Origin: a virus
Length of the DNA: 64,000 bases
IMG/VR virus record: IMGVR_UViG_3300017613_002557
Coordinates: 26,005-90,004 of that record
Reading direction: 5' to 3' (one strand)
Each line of letters starts with the position of its first letter. Position 1 is the first letter of the stretch. The notes under the pieces are model-generated. The model saw nothing but the letters and a program-made list of their open reading frames with translations. It searched no databases and was not told where the DNA came from. The translations under genes and the position numbers were made by a program. Of the stretch, positions 29,201 through 38,675 are shown in pieces.

Positions 29201-29582
29201 ATTGTTTCATGGTATATGTCCACTTGTATTTGTGGGAGCTATTCAGAAAGAATAATTCTCACAAACTCGGAAGTGTAAATGTTGCGGCGATGTATTGGTC
29301 CGGATGTTGTTCTTGATAGGCTTTACGAATTGCCGTGATTGATATTCCTAACCTAAAAGCAAAATCTGCCATGACCTTTTCTGTGCTTGCATTGAACTCA
29401 CTACACCGTTTTTGCCACTCACGTCTACTGTAGACACCGGCACGAGCCAAACTGCTAAAGTGATTAATTGCGTGAATGGCGGCTGCATATATTTCTGGTT
29501 TTGTGCATGGGGTGTTTGCAGTGAGTGCAATAATAATGTAAGAGCGGTCCTTTCGAGTTTCTGTTCTGATTGTGTGTCGCAT
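26223..29582 (-). CDS. Cluster of small hypothetical early-type genes (26223-26435, 26460-26702, 26677-27054, 27135-27395, 27416-27619, 27616-28005, 28274-28615, 28588-28932, 28929-29210, 29259-29582)
   Basis: Tightly packed, co-oriented ORFs with RBSs and ATGA overlaps. Confidence 0.65.
28062..28277 (-). CDS. DarA C-terminal-like domain protein
   Basis: YGLKYRP...QVPDG...FGVVDYPFELTEEQVQNFQL matches the DarA_C pattern as I recall it. Confidence 0.6.
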   Translation of the reverse strand: MSEMKAIFNDTYTGRRWSYGLKYRPLAKAQVPDGWIIQSNREHPKFKFGVVDYPFELTEEQVQNFQLALVS

Positions 29583-29654
29583 GTGTTCACCTGTATGTGT
29601 GTGAGGGATTCAGAAGGGATCCCCCCATTTAGTTGATTTTGATATGTTGCCGCC

Positions 29655-30485
29655 TCAATTTGGCAGATGTCCTCTGATTGATTTGTACTGGATTGCTTCA
29701 GCGACATGTTCCGGTTTTATGGTGGTCATATCATCCATCTGAGCAATTGTACGTGCTATATTAATAATGGTACTGAATTCTTGAGTGGCCTGGAGTGTAT
29801 CGTTACAGATGATTGTTACGATTCCATCAATGTTCAGATGTTGTTTTGCCAGCATGAGGAGCCGGTGACAACTGTCAATATCTAGGACAGTGAACAGATC
29901 AGGTGAGCGGTAGTCCAGACTGATCGCGTCTGTAAAGTCTTTCCAGGCAGCTTGTCGTTCAGGGAAGTATTCTGAGAACGGCAGGATTTCGGTAGTGATG
30001 TCTGCATTTCTGCACATCCAGGGTTGTATATCTTTCTCGGTGGTAAGCCAGACTCGTGCATCTGGTCCGAGGAGTTCTTTGGCGAATGTGACAATAATTC
30101 CTCGTTCTTCTTCTGTAGTGTCCGGATGTGCAACAAATAGGATGGAGTACTCACCGTTTTTTGCAATGCTGAGTGCTCGGTCGATGTGTGCGTTGTTGTT
30201 ATATGACATGAATCGACGTTGCAGTGGCGTAATTGGTGTTTTGATTAGCGGCGTAATTGGTGTTGTCTCAAGTTCTTTTGCATATTCGTGAATCCCGTTT
30301 GCACGGCAGAGAATCTTTCCGCTTGCGAAGCGGACACTGAACGGAGTCAGACTTTTGTGTTTGCCGCAAGACCCCTCTATATGTCTGATGTCGTCTTGTC
30401 GGACAATTTTGCTCAATGATTGATAGACTGGTTTTGAGATGCTTTGATCTCTGAGTAATAGGTCAAGTATTTGTTGTGTTGTCAT
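29655..30485 (-). CDS. Protein with degenerate YifB/ComM (Mg-chelatase-like) segments
   Basis: RALSIAKNGEYSILFV and IARTIAQMDDMTTIKPEHVAEAIQYK; no intact Walker A; start uncertain. Confidence 0.55.
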   Translation of the reverse strand: MTTQQILDLLLRDQSISKPVYQSLSKIVRQDDIRHIEGSCGKHKSLTPFSVRFASGKILCRANGIHEYAKELETTPITPLIKTPITPLQRRFMSYNNNAHIDRALSIAKNGEYSILFVAHPDTTEEERGIIVTFAKELLGPDARVWLTTEKDIQPWMCRNADITTEILPFSEYFPERQAAWKDFTDAISLDYRSPDLFTVLDIDSCHRLLMLAKQHLNIDGIVTIICNDTLQATQEFSTIINIARTIAQMDDMTTIKPEHVAEAIQYKSIRGHLPN

Positions 30486-31189
30486 GATAATGGCCCTCCA
30501 TTGATAAACGTGGTTGCTTGCTTGATGCCTTCTTCGATATATGATCTGGCGTATGTTGTTTGTTTGCATGAAAATGATCCGTTACTTCCTACGATGATGT
30601 GATCGAGAAAATCAATTCCTACCAGTTTTGTTGCACAGGCGAGTCGTTTTGTTAGCTGAAGATCCTCTTGACTGGGTTCCGGATCTCCTGATGGGTGGTT
30701 GTGTGCCATGATCGTTGCGGACCCCTGTTTTTCAATCAGGTATCGCAATATAACTCTTGCATCACAGAGACAGGCACCAAGACCGCCAGTAAACAACACC
30801 TTGTGTGCGATAATGGTGCTTTTAATATCGAGTGCTGCGAACACAATCACCTCACGTTCTTCTTGCCGCAAAAATGAGAAATACTGCATGGCGTCAAATT
30901 CATTTCTGATGATGACACGATCTTTGTGTTCTGAGAAGTAGGATCTTCCCATGTTGATGGCTGACATGATTTTTGCTTCATCCTCAAACGTGATTCCTGA
31001 CATTCCGTGAAGCTGTCCGAGTGCTGCGCCAGCATAGATGTCACGCAAACTGTTGTTATACTTTCTGATGATTGTATGTGCTTTCTTTTGAGAACCGAGG
31101 ACCATGCCGAGAAAATCAACGGTTGTCGGGTCTTGTATTTTTTGTTCCTTGACGACCATCGCCAGTTCTTGTCGTTCCTGATAGTTCAT
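30482..31189 (-). CDS. radC: RadC-family JAB domain protein
   Basis: EREV...AHNHPSGDPEPSQED...DHIIVG. Confidence 0.93.
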   Translation of the reverse strand: MNYQERQELAMVVKEQKIQDPTTVDFLGMVLGSQKKAHTIIRKYNNSLRDIYAGAALGQLHGMSGITFEDEAKIMSAINMGRSYFSEHKDRVIIRNEFDAMQYFSFLRQEEREVIVFAALDIKSTIIAHKVLFTGGLGACLCDARVILRYLIEKQGSATIMAHNHPSGDPEPSQEDLQLTKRLACATKLVGIDFLDHIIVGSNGSFSCKQTTYARSYIEEGIKQATTFINGGPLS

Positions 31190-31222
31190 AGTGTGCTCCT
31201 TTTTTTGGATGTCTGCCATTGG

Positions 31223-31405
31223 TTAGTGATGTTTTTTGTTAATCCAGCGACTTGTTTTGAAATTATCTGGAACAAATCGGACGCGCCAATATTCTGTGTC
31301 AGTATCCTGCTTGAGTCGTTCGATCAAAAATGCCGTTCCTTCCGGTTTTGTACATGTGATCGGATCCTGGTAAATCGTGACTTGTTCTCCTGATGTAAGT
31401 GTCAT
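31223..31405 (-). CDS. Small hypothetical protein
   Basis: GAGG RBS, 60 aa. Confidence 0.55.
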   Translation of the reverse strand: MTLTSGEQVTIYQDPITCTKPEGTAFLIERLKQDTDTEYWRVRFVPDNFKTSRWINKKHH

Positions 31406-31799
31406 ACTGTTTATTCCTCTGTGTATCCGTCAAACCAGTTGTCGTGTTTGTTGGATGTTTTTGGATCGTTACAATGTGTCTGAGCTTCTGCCAGTGTCAG
31501 TCCACGTTTCATAACTTTTGCTTTTTCCCCGTATTTCTTGAAGTGCCTGACAATTTTGTATGTCGTCATAATGTTATATAGTTGGTGGCATGGAAGATTT
31601 CACCGCGTGAAAAAATCCATGCCACGTAGGGGTTATTTGTCGATTCCGAAGTTGACGCTGATAAACGCCACATATATTGTCATATCCCATCCGTTTACAT
31701 TGTATGATGTAAACGAAATCCAAAGCGGCACGATAGACAGTCCGATATGGATATATGCACGTTTAAAGAGAATATTTACATAGTTTCGTGTATGTGATT

Positions 31800-33653
31800 T
31801 CATAATGCACCATCCATTTGAATGAAATGAAGTTCATTGATCGCTCGTAAACACGCCACTGCATACAACAAATTCCATTCCTGTGTAACAAGTTCAGGTG
31901 TTGTGACCATTGGATGTGGGAACATTTCACGCTGGTCAACATTGGTTAGTGTAAATACGCGATTCCACTCCAGACCTTTTGCCTTGTGTGCTGAGGACAA
32001 GGTAATAATTGCGTGCCGCGTCCCGTTCACAAGGTCGCTAAACATTCCATTGACCGTGTCGAGGATTTCGTTGAGTGTCATTCCTGGCTGGACGCCTTCA
32101 CAGATTGCGCGGATTGTTTCTGCTTGATCCTGAACGAAGATCCGGTTTGTTGACGAGCCAGAGCAATATTTTTCTTCCCACGTGTGTGAGGCGGAAATGA
32201 ATTCCCATGCTGTTTGACAGTCATATGTTGCGGCGAGATTCTTGAACAGACCAGTGATATTTTCCGCAACTTCACGCCCTTTGATAATGGCACCTTTTCC
32301 AAGCCTGAGTAGCTCAAAGTAGATTTTGACGGTTGGTGCGTTCGTTCGACTGAGCACAGCGTCACCTGGCTGCAGCGATCTGATAATTGCATTGAACTCT
32401 TCAGGTCCATGTTGCTGAACTGGCAGACCATGAAATGCGTCAGGATGTGCTTTTAATTGTGGAATGTAGCGGTCTCTGACATATTCGATAACGTGCAGGT
32501 TTTTTGTTCTCAGGTTTACTGTGAGTGGCAAAGAAATTAACTTTCCACGGTCAATTGCTTTGGCACCTTCATCCATTGCGTCTGTGAGCGCTCCAGTAAA
32601 CCCCATAATGGCTTGAAATGTGTCACCAACGATAATCATATGGACCATTAAGTCTGCCAGTTGTTTTGTGATCCACACTCTCAGAGGGTTCTGGTCCTGA
32701 TATTCGTCGATACAGACAAGACGAATCCAGGATGGCAGTGTAATCTCTATGTCGTAGTACCAAAGGAAATACAGCATGTCGCTGTAATCACACTGGCTGG
32801 TGTCGTTAACAGATTCCAAAAATAAGCGGTTACAATCATCCAGAAAGGTTGTGTCATCGTGTGGAAGTGAAACGTCAAAGAATGCGGCAACTTGACTGGC
32901 TTTTGCAAAGAACTCATCCCCTGGACGGATGCACAGGTTTTTCATTTTGTCGATAAGCTTCCACATCATTGCCATTCTAAATGACTCTTTTTTATACTCC
33001 TTCGAGCCATACTCAAGCGCTCGAATATCAGTAAAAATCTCATTATACATGTACTGGATTTTTTTCGGAACGGCTGTTTTTCTGGTGTCACGCCCGAAAT
33101 GTTGTTTTACGAGTTGGAATCCAAAACGATGGATTGTTGATGACGTGGCAATGAGTGGAGAAATCCGTGTTGTCGCTTCATTCGCATTATCCGCATTAAA
33201 TACAAGGTATTGTGCGAATGGCTTGTCATTTGGGAATATCTTTGCCAGTGTGAGTGTATTCATGGTGAGTTCTAGCACTGATGTTTTCCCGGTTCCTGCC
33301 AATGCTTTGATCACCAGACTTAACGGACTCATCTGGTCAGAAGTTGTGCCAAATAGATCGTCATCGACATGTTGATCTTCATACTTTTTGATGTACTCAA
33401 CTGCCGTATCAGTGATTGTGTGTTGTTCGTCGGTCGGTGTCCAGTCCGGAAGTTTTCCGACTGCCGTTGTTTCTTGTGGAACGCAGTCATAATGAATGAC
33501 ACGTTTCTCGCCAGTGGTGAAGTCGAATTTTGCCCACTGGTTCTTTGAGATAATGTTTCCACAGATCCAGCAGGGGGTTTTGCCTGTAAATCTGGCTTCA
33601 AACACGCCATGCGGCATATTTGGATCTCGTTGTTTGCGCCGTTTACTTCTCAT
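31800..33653 (-). CDS. UvrD/Rep-like superfamily 1 helicase
   Basis: ALAGTGKT, LVFN, TIHRFG, DEYQD, VGDTFQAIMGF, SAHKAKGLEW, LLYAVACLRA. Confidence 0.92.
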   Translation of the reverse strand: MRSKRRKQRDPNMPHGVFEARFTGKTPCWICGNIISKNQWAKFDFTTGEKRVIHYDCVPQETTAVGKLPDWTPTDEQHTITDTAVEYIKKYEDQHVDDDLFGTTSDQMSPLSLVIKALAGTGKTSVLELTMNTLTLAKIFPNDKPFAQYLVFNADNANEATTRISPLIATSSTIHRFGFQLVKQHFGRDTRKTAVPKKIQYMYNEIFTDIRALEYGSKEYKKESFRMAMMWKLIDKMKNLCIRPGDEFFAKASQVAAFFDVSLPHDDTTFLDDCNRLFLESVNDTSQCDYSDMLYFLWYYDIEITLPSWIRLVCIDEYQDQNPLRVWITKQLADLMVHMIIVGDTFQAIMGFTGALTDAMDEGAKAIDRGKLISLPLTVNLRTKNLHVIEYVRDRYIPQLKAHPDAFHGLPVQQHGPEEFNAIIRSLQPGDAVLSRTNAPTVKIYFELLRLGKGAIIKGREVAENITGLFKNLAATYDCQTAWEFISASHTWEEKYCSGSSTNRIFVQDQAETIRAICEGVQPGMTLNEILDTVNGMFSDLVNGTRHAIITLSSAHKAKGLEWNRVFTLTNVDQREMFPHPMVTTPELVTQEWNLLYAVACLRAINELHFIQMDGAL

Positions 33654-33680
33654 AATTTCTCCTTTTTTTGGATGTGGCGA

Positions 33681-33710
33681 CGCTGAAATGTCCGCGTGAA
33701 CATTTCAGCG
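33681..33710. terminator. Intergenic hairpin
   Basis: CGCTGAAATGT-N8-ACATTTCAGCG. Confidence 0.45.
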
Positions 33711-33720
33711 CCATGTGGAA

Positions 33721-34161
33721 TTATTTTGCGAATTGCAGGTTAATGATTTCTACGCCAGGATACTTTTCTAAAATTGCGGCATGAACTTCACTTGTGAACC
33801 TGCGATTGATCGGGCGGTATGTTTCTTTTTTATCACCCGGCAGACGGATCAATGTTTTTGTGCGGCAGAGACGTTTGAACTTTCTTTCAACTTTAAGATC
33901 ATCAACCAGTTCGCTGATAAGAAAAACAATACAATACTCAATACCATTGCTAGACCATTCTGACTCACGAGGTGGCTGATTACTGCACCATTCCTCAATT
34001 TCTTTGTGTGCGTGACGATTTATTATGTCAACACTACCTTCGCCACTATTTCTATCTTCTGAGTAGCAAAACGCACGTTTTCCGCGCAGATATACTGAGC
34101 ATTGATCCATCCCCATAAACGTTTTTAGTCCTTTGATTGTGACTTCTTGTTTGTCTTTCAT
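33721..34161 (-). CDS. Hypothetical protein
   Basis: AAGGAGG RBS. Confidence 0.7.
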   Translation of the reverse strand: MKDKQEVTIKGLKTFMGMDQCSVYLRGKRAFCYSEDRNSGEGSVDIINRHAHKEIEEWCSNQPPRESEWSSNGIEYCIVFLISELVDDLKVERKFKRLCRTKTLIRLPGDKKETYRPINRRFTSEVHAAILEKYPGVEIINLQFAK

Positions 34162-34194
34162 GATGTGCCTCCTTTTTTTGGTTAATGATTGTGA

Positions 34195-34584
34195 TTATTC
34201 TGCGAGTGTACTGAGAATTGTACGTGCCCCATCTGTGAGTCCGTACAACGTGGCTTCGTGACTACTAACCATTGACAAGCATAACTTTTTCGTTGTGTAT
34301 GGACGGGTAAAAATCTTTACACGGACACAGATAACGCCATCATTATATGCTTGTGTGTTGATCTGAATTGACGAGACGGTGTAATAAACACCTCTGTCTT
34401 TCAGGATGACTTCTTTTTCCGGCAGGTAGTTGAGTCTGCTATTGATTTCATCCATATTTAACGTTTTGGCGTGAAGGTGTTTGACTGAAATGTCATACAC
34501 ACTAACCGCATGAACGGGAGTATATTCGTAGTGGTTGCCAGAAATGACGTGTTGTGTGGCGAGAACTGTGTTATGTTGTGACAT
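34195..34584 (-). CDS. Hypothetical protein, first gene of the early-type operon
   Basis: AAGGAGGT RBS before ATG 34584. Confidence 0.7.
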   Translation of the reverse strand: MSQHNTVLATQHVISGNHYEYTPVHAVSVYDISVKHLHAKTLNMDEINSRLNYLPEKEVILKDRGVYYTVSSIQINTQAYNDGVICVRVKIFTRPYTTKKLCLSMVSSHEATLYGLTDGARTILSTLAE

Positions 34585-34651
34585 GGTGTAAACCTCCTTA
34601 TAGTAGGAAAAGCGGTTAGTGTTGTGGAAATGGTTTTCTAAATCCAAAAAG

Positions 34652-34680
34652 ATTCTAGCAAAAAAATTCATGGATGTCAA
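34652..34680 (-). promoter_or_regulatory. Strong sigma70-type promoter for the minus-strand early operon
   Basis: TTGACA-17-TAGAAT with an extended TG. Confidence 0.75.
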
Positions 34681-34941
34681 GAAAAAAATGTAAAAAGGTA
34701 CTTTTTTCTCAAGATCCACAAATGTGAGATATATTATATTATATAGTGTATATTTCCAGTAATGTCCAGAAAAAAGAGGTTAAAAAAGTGCTTTTCATTA
34801 GACAAAGGGGGGAAGTAAGGACAAGGAGAGAGAGGGGTACTTGCCACTTCAAAACGCCACAAACGTTCGTTTGGCGCATGATCTGATCTGTCGGATAACA
34901 AATGTGTGTTTTCGATTTGTGCTGTCAAGTGCATGTGCTGC

Positions 34942-35490
34942 CTAATGAACGTGTGCCCATTGTTTGACGTGTCACATGAAGCATACTAACTAATGAACGT
35001 GTGGACATTATTTGACGTGTCACATGGTAACGACACATCAATAAACGTGTGGACACTATCTGACTGGATAAAGGAAGTGACACGGTAAACATCTGTCACC
35101 ATATCCCCACAAGTACAGATGGTGACTGCTTGTAATGTCCCAGGTTCCCCTTATTAGCAGTTAATCCCAGATTTTGACCTGGATTCTGTGTCATGTTGTC
35201 ATGACATATTTTCGGGGAAAGTGACACTTTTTGTCCGTTTGTCAAAAAGTGTCACCTGGGGGAACTAAATTTTGTCACCCTTCCCAGGTTCCCCCTGGTA
35301 GCAGTCAATTTCAGGTCTATAAATCTTTCAAATCTTGCTGAAATTGCGAAATATTGACGTTTTTCGCAAGGGTGCTTGACAAAAAGTGTCGCTTTTCGGG
35401 TGGTGTAACCATTGTTGACACCCTTCAAAACTCCTCTTAAAATCTTTTTTTGAAAAAATAATTCTCCTGGTAGCAGTCATTTCCAGGTTT
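34942..35490. repeat. Intergenic direct repeats and TGTCAC boxes
   Basis: 37-bp units at 34942 and 34990 (partial at 35039); CCCAGGTTCCCC at 35139 and 35283; CCTGGTAGCAGTCA twice. Confidence 0.75.
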
Positions 35491-35605
35491 TTCGGGGGAA
35501 AAATAAAAAAATATCCCAAAAAACGTCAATGTTGGTATGGGTACTGCATTATATATGGTGTAAGCAACAAGATAAACCAACATTAACTAAACGGGAGAAA
35601 AAAAC

Positions 35606-35974
35606 ATGGAAAAGCGCATCATAGCAGGAATCGAAATAGACGAAGAAAAAAACGCTCAGGACGTCGCAGAATTGGAAGCAGTCGTCAATATGCAGAGTCT
35701 TACAGAAAAAGCTGCTATGATGCGTTTACGACGTAACAGAGGGGATAGGAAGAGCAAATGTAACCAAGTACGCAAGATTGAAAAGAAAGCTACCCCAGAA
35801 GTAGAGTTGAGTCTGTATGATGCAGAAACCGGAACATGGAAACTCAACGTTGACGGGTGCATTGACAGCGAAAAACGTCAACAGGATGCACAGGAAATTA
35901 CAGAGAGCGATTCTTTTTCTGCTCTCCTGAGTCAAGCAGGACAGATGAAAAGCAGAAGAAGCGCAAGAGCATAA
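35606..35974 (+). CDS. Hypothetical protein
   Basis: GGGAG RBS. Confidence 0.7.
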   Translation: MEKRIIAGIEIDEEKNAQDVAELEAVVNMQSLTEKAAMMRLRRNRGDRKSKCNQVRKIEKKATPEVELSLYDAETGTWKLNVDGCIDSEKRQQDAQEITESDSFSALLSQAGQMKSRRSARA

Positions 35975-35986
35975 GGAGAAACACAC

Positions 35987-36214
35987 ATGATATTAACTAC
36001 CCATCAAAAAAAAGTGAGAATCAATAATCTCTGGGATTGTGAGATTGACGTCATGAACAGAGATATAACAAAACATCTGTTCGTGTTGGTTGACGACAAG
36101 AATAATATTGTCAAGACAAAGTACATGCTGAAACATGTTGCATGTGGACTCAATGCAGCGATACGAAAAACGTGTAATACGCTGTCGTGGGAGCAAGTCA
36201 TATTGTCAGGTTGA
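35987..36214 (+). CDS. Hypothetical protein
   Basis: AAGGAG RBS. Confidence 0.65.
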   Translation: MILTTHQKKVRINNLWDCEIDVMNRDITKHLFVLVDDKNNIVKTKYMLKHVACGLNAAIRKTCNTLSWEQVILSG

Positions 36215-36512
36215 AAAAAAATGACTTTTGTCAAAAATAAAACTTGACAAAAGTAACAAGGTGAATCAATATAATAAGTATAGTCAGTAAGTTCTTTTGA
36301 TAGTCAGAAAGATAGACCGGGAAATGAAAGGGACTAACGGTCAAGCGGAACATGTAAGCGTATATGTTCAACGTACAGAAAATTAAAAATTCTGGTACGA
36401 ACAAACAGAACATAGCTTTTAAAATCTGTGAGATTTGAGAAACCTTATAAACTCCCAAATTGTAGACAAATTAAATCACTAACAACGTTTCAAAAAAAGC
36501 GAGGAAAACATC

Positions 36513-37013
36513 ATGGAAAAGGTAGCAAAACAAATCGATGCAAAAATGTCGGGAAGTAATGGGACCATGTCGATTGAGATGATCAAGGGGTACGCAAAAT
36601 CTTTCAAGGATTTCAAAAACCGTGAAGAAGTTGACGAGTTCTGGAATGAAACCCTTGTACTCGTGGAGCAAGCAGTATATCGCGTGTTCACCTTGATCAA
36701 GTCCAATCTGTTCGAGTATTCTGAACTGCTCCCGGACGATCAGCAAAAAGCAAAGGATTCCTTGCGTGATCGGTTTTACGATCTTGCTGCATGGGTGCGC
36801 TTCGCAGAAAATACTCAACGGACCTATGTGGTGTACCGTGACAAGGATTCTGGTCAAGATACTTTTGCAGTCGTTCCCCAGGAAGAGCGTTTTGTCATGC
36901 CGGACAGCAAGAAAAAACAGATCAATGATGCTGTCAGGTTGCTTGACAGCATCCTGAACTATACTCCGGATAAACCGAAACCTCAGAAGAATCATGAGCG
37001 GTTAACCTTCTGA
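36513..37013 (+). CDS. Hypothetical protein
   Basis: GAGG RBS; followed by a terminator. Confidence 0.75.
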   Translation: MEKVAKQIDAKMSGSNGTMSIEMIKGYAKSFKDFKNREEVDEFWNETLVLVEQAVYRVFTLIKSNLFEYSELLPDDQQKAKDSLRDRFYDLAAWVRFAENTQRTYVVYRDKDSGQDTFAVVPQEERFVMPDSKKKQINDAVRLLDSILNYTPDKPKPQKNHERLTF

Positions 37014-37030
37014 CAGATCCAGGTGTCATC

Positions 37031-37071
37031 TTTCCCCCTGCACGAAATATGCGGGGGGAAGGGATTTTTTT
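37031..37071 (+). terminator. Rho-independent terminator
   Basis: TTCCCCCTGCA...TGCGGGGGGAA followed by a T-tract. Confidence 0.65.
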
Positions 37072-37110
37072 GAGCCCTGCTATGTTCTCTTCCCCCCCAC
37101 AATCTCGGCA

Positions 37111-37296
37111 GGGTTTTAGGTTTCATAGGAAAGAAGTCTATTTCAGTTCAGGATTTTGTATTTCATGGGAAAGAGGTTTAAGGGTTTAGGTTTCACAGGA
37201 AAGAAGTTTACTTTGGTACTGGGTTTTAGGTTTCATGAGGAAGAAGTCTCGCCGAGGTTTTGTGTTTCATGAGGAAAAGGTCTATTTCAGTTCAGG
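37111..37296 (+). repeat. Five ~20-30-bp degenerate direct repeats
   Basis: Core TTTCAY(N)GGAA(A)GARGTYT at 37121, 37161, 37191, 37231 and 37265. Confidence 0.85.
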
Positions 37297-37330
37297 TGTA
37301 ATCTACTATATTTACATGGAGGTATTTAAG

Positions 37331-37876
37331 ATGCGAGAGTACACGGAAGTGCAGGAGTTGGAGTGTGGGGAAATTCGTCGATATGATGAGTGGTTGGATG
37401 CGGCGCAGGAGTTGGGATATGGGACAGTAGTGGAGGCGTTGGTGGGGGAGTATGAGGCGTCATTTCGGCGGGAGGTAGGGGAGTGTGTACGTGGGTATCG
37501 GTATGTGGCGGCGCGGTTTGTGGGGGCGGGTCACAGTGAGGCGTTATACACGTTAGTGGGTCGATATTTACGGAAGTTTGCTCCGGGTGTGGTACGTGGT
37601 CGTGGTGGGGCGCATAATGTACGTGGTGGGGTGGTGAAGCATCGGTATGGGGATCGGTCATTGAAGGCGGTATGTCGAGAGATCGTGGGAGAGGGAGGTA
37701 GTGAGCGGGAGGTAGAGACGTTATACATGCGGATATTGGTCAGGGTAAAGTCAGGGTGGAGTATAGAGCGTGCGGTAAGTGAGCCGGTGGTATTGCCTGG
37801 GGATCGGAATCGTGGCAAGGGGTATCGTCAGCGGCGTCGGTTAGCGCGGAAGCTGAGGGGTGGTGTAGAGGGATGA
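37331..37876 (+). CDS. Hypothetical DNA-binding protein
   Basis: GGAGGT RBS; RVKSGWSIERAVSEPV resembles nuclease-associated DNA-binding tails. Confidence 0.6.
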   Translation: MREYTEVQELECGEIRRYDEWLDAAQELGYGTVVEALVGEYEASFRREVGECVRGYRYVAARFVGAGHSEALYTLVGRYLRKFAPGVVRGRGGAHNVRGGVVKHRYGDRSLKAVCREIVGEGGSEREVETLYMRILVRVKSGWSIERAVSEPVVLPGDRNRGKGYRQRRRLARKLRGGVEG

Positions 37877-38403
37877 GGGAGCGTAAGGGCAAGCGGTGTA
37901 CGAAGTGTGGGCGGTGGTATTCATGGTCTGGGTTTTACAGGAACCGTTCACGTCCGGATGGTCGTGGGTCGCAGTGCATAGTGTGTGTAAAGGAGTTGAG
38001 CAGGCGGCCGGAGGCGGTGGAGCGGCGCAGGCGGTATTATGAGGAGCATCGTGAGGAGATGGTGGCGGCGTCGCGCAAGTGGTATTATGATCACAGGGAG
38101 GAAGTGCGGATGTGGGCCAAGGCGTATTATCGTCGCAAGAAGAGGCACATACAGCGGTATGCGCGCAGGTATCGGCGTGGTCATCGGGAGTATTTTCGGG
38201 AGAAGGTCCGTGAGTATCGGGCGCGGGTACGTGGGTTGCGGGTACGTGGGTATCGGGAGTTGACTGAGGTGGAGCGTATGGGTCGTATGGAGCGTGAGCG
38301 GGTGTATCAGGCGGCGTATTTTCAGCGGAACAAGGAGCGCATACGGGAGTATCGTCGGGAGTATTACAGGCGCAAGCGGGAGGAGGTGCGGGGGAAAACT
38401 TGA
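37873..38403 (+). CDS. Arg/Glu/Tyr-rich protein with an N-terminal CxxC...CxxC module
   Basis: KRCTKC...FYRNRSRPDGRGSQCIVC resembles the N-terminus of phage HNH/EndoVII proteins; no nuclease domain follows. Confidence 0.65.
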   Translation: MRERKGKRCTKCGRWYSWSGFYRNRSRPDGRGSQCIVCVKELSRRPEAVERRRRYYEEHREEMVAASRKWYYDHREEVRMWAKAYYRRKKRHIQRYARRYRRGHREYFREKVREYRARVRGLRVRGYRELTEVERMGRMERERVYQAAYFQRNKERIREYRREYYRRKREEVRGKT

Positions 38404-38590
38404 CAAGGGGGTATATATTATGGTAGGGTAGTGGTGTCTAGGAATGGGGATCATTCTGATTTGATGGATGTTTGGTTAGGGGGATGCCGTGTTATCTTTG
38501 GGGGTGAAGCCTTGGGGGTGCGCGGCATTTTTTATTGGTTTAATACTTTTATCTTTTGGGCAAAGCTTTAGAAGCTGGTAGAGTATTCAC

Positions 38591-38619
38591 TTGACAGGTG
38601 GGTGGGGATCTGGTAGAGT
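38591..38619 (+). promoter_or_regulatory. Sigma70-type promoter
   Basis: TTGACA-17-TAGAGT. Confidence 0.55.
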
Positions 38620-38675
38620 ATGTAGAGAAATTGGGAAGTGGGGGAAACAATAATATGATATTGGAGGAGCAGATT

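Noticed and set aside
33684-33696. Remote Rep iteron (TGAAATGTCCGCG matches the end of the 61-bp repeat)
   Set aside because: It is a single 13-bp match inside a hairpin and could be chance.
37111-37296. Mini CRISPR array
   Set aside because: The repeats are degenerate and the spacers are very short and partly repeated.
37873-38403. Active HNH/EndoVII homing endonuclease
   Set aside because: Only the N-terminal Cys module and a charged helix are present; there is no catalytic motif.
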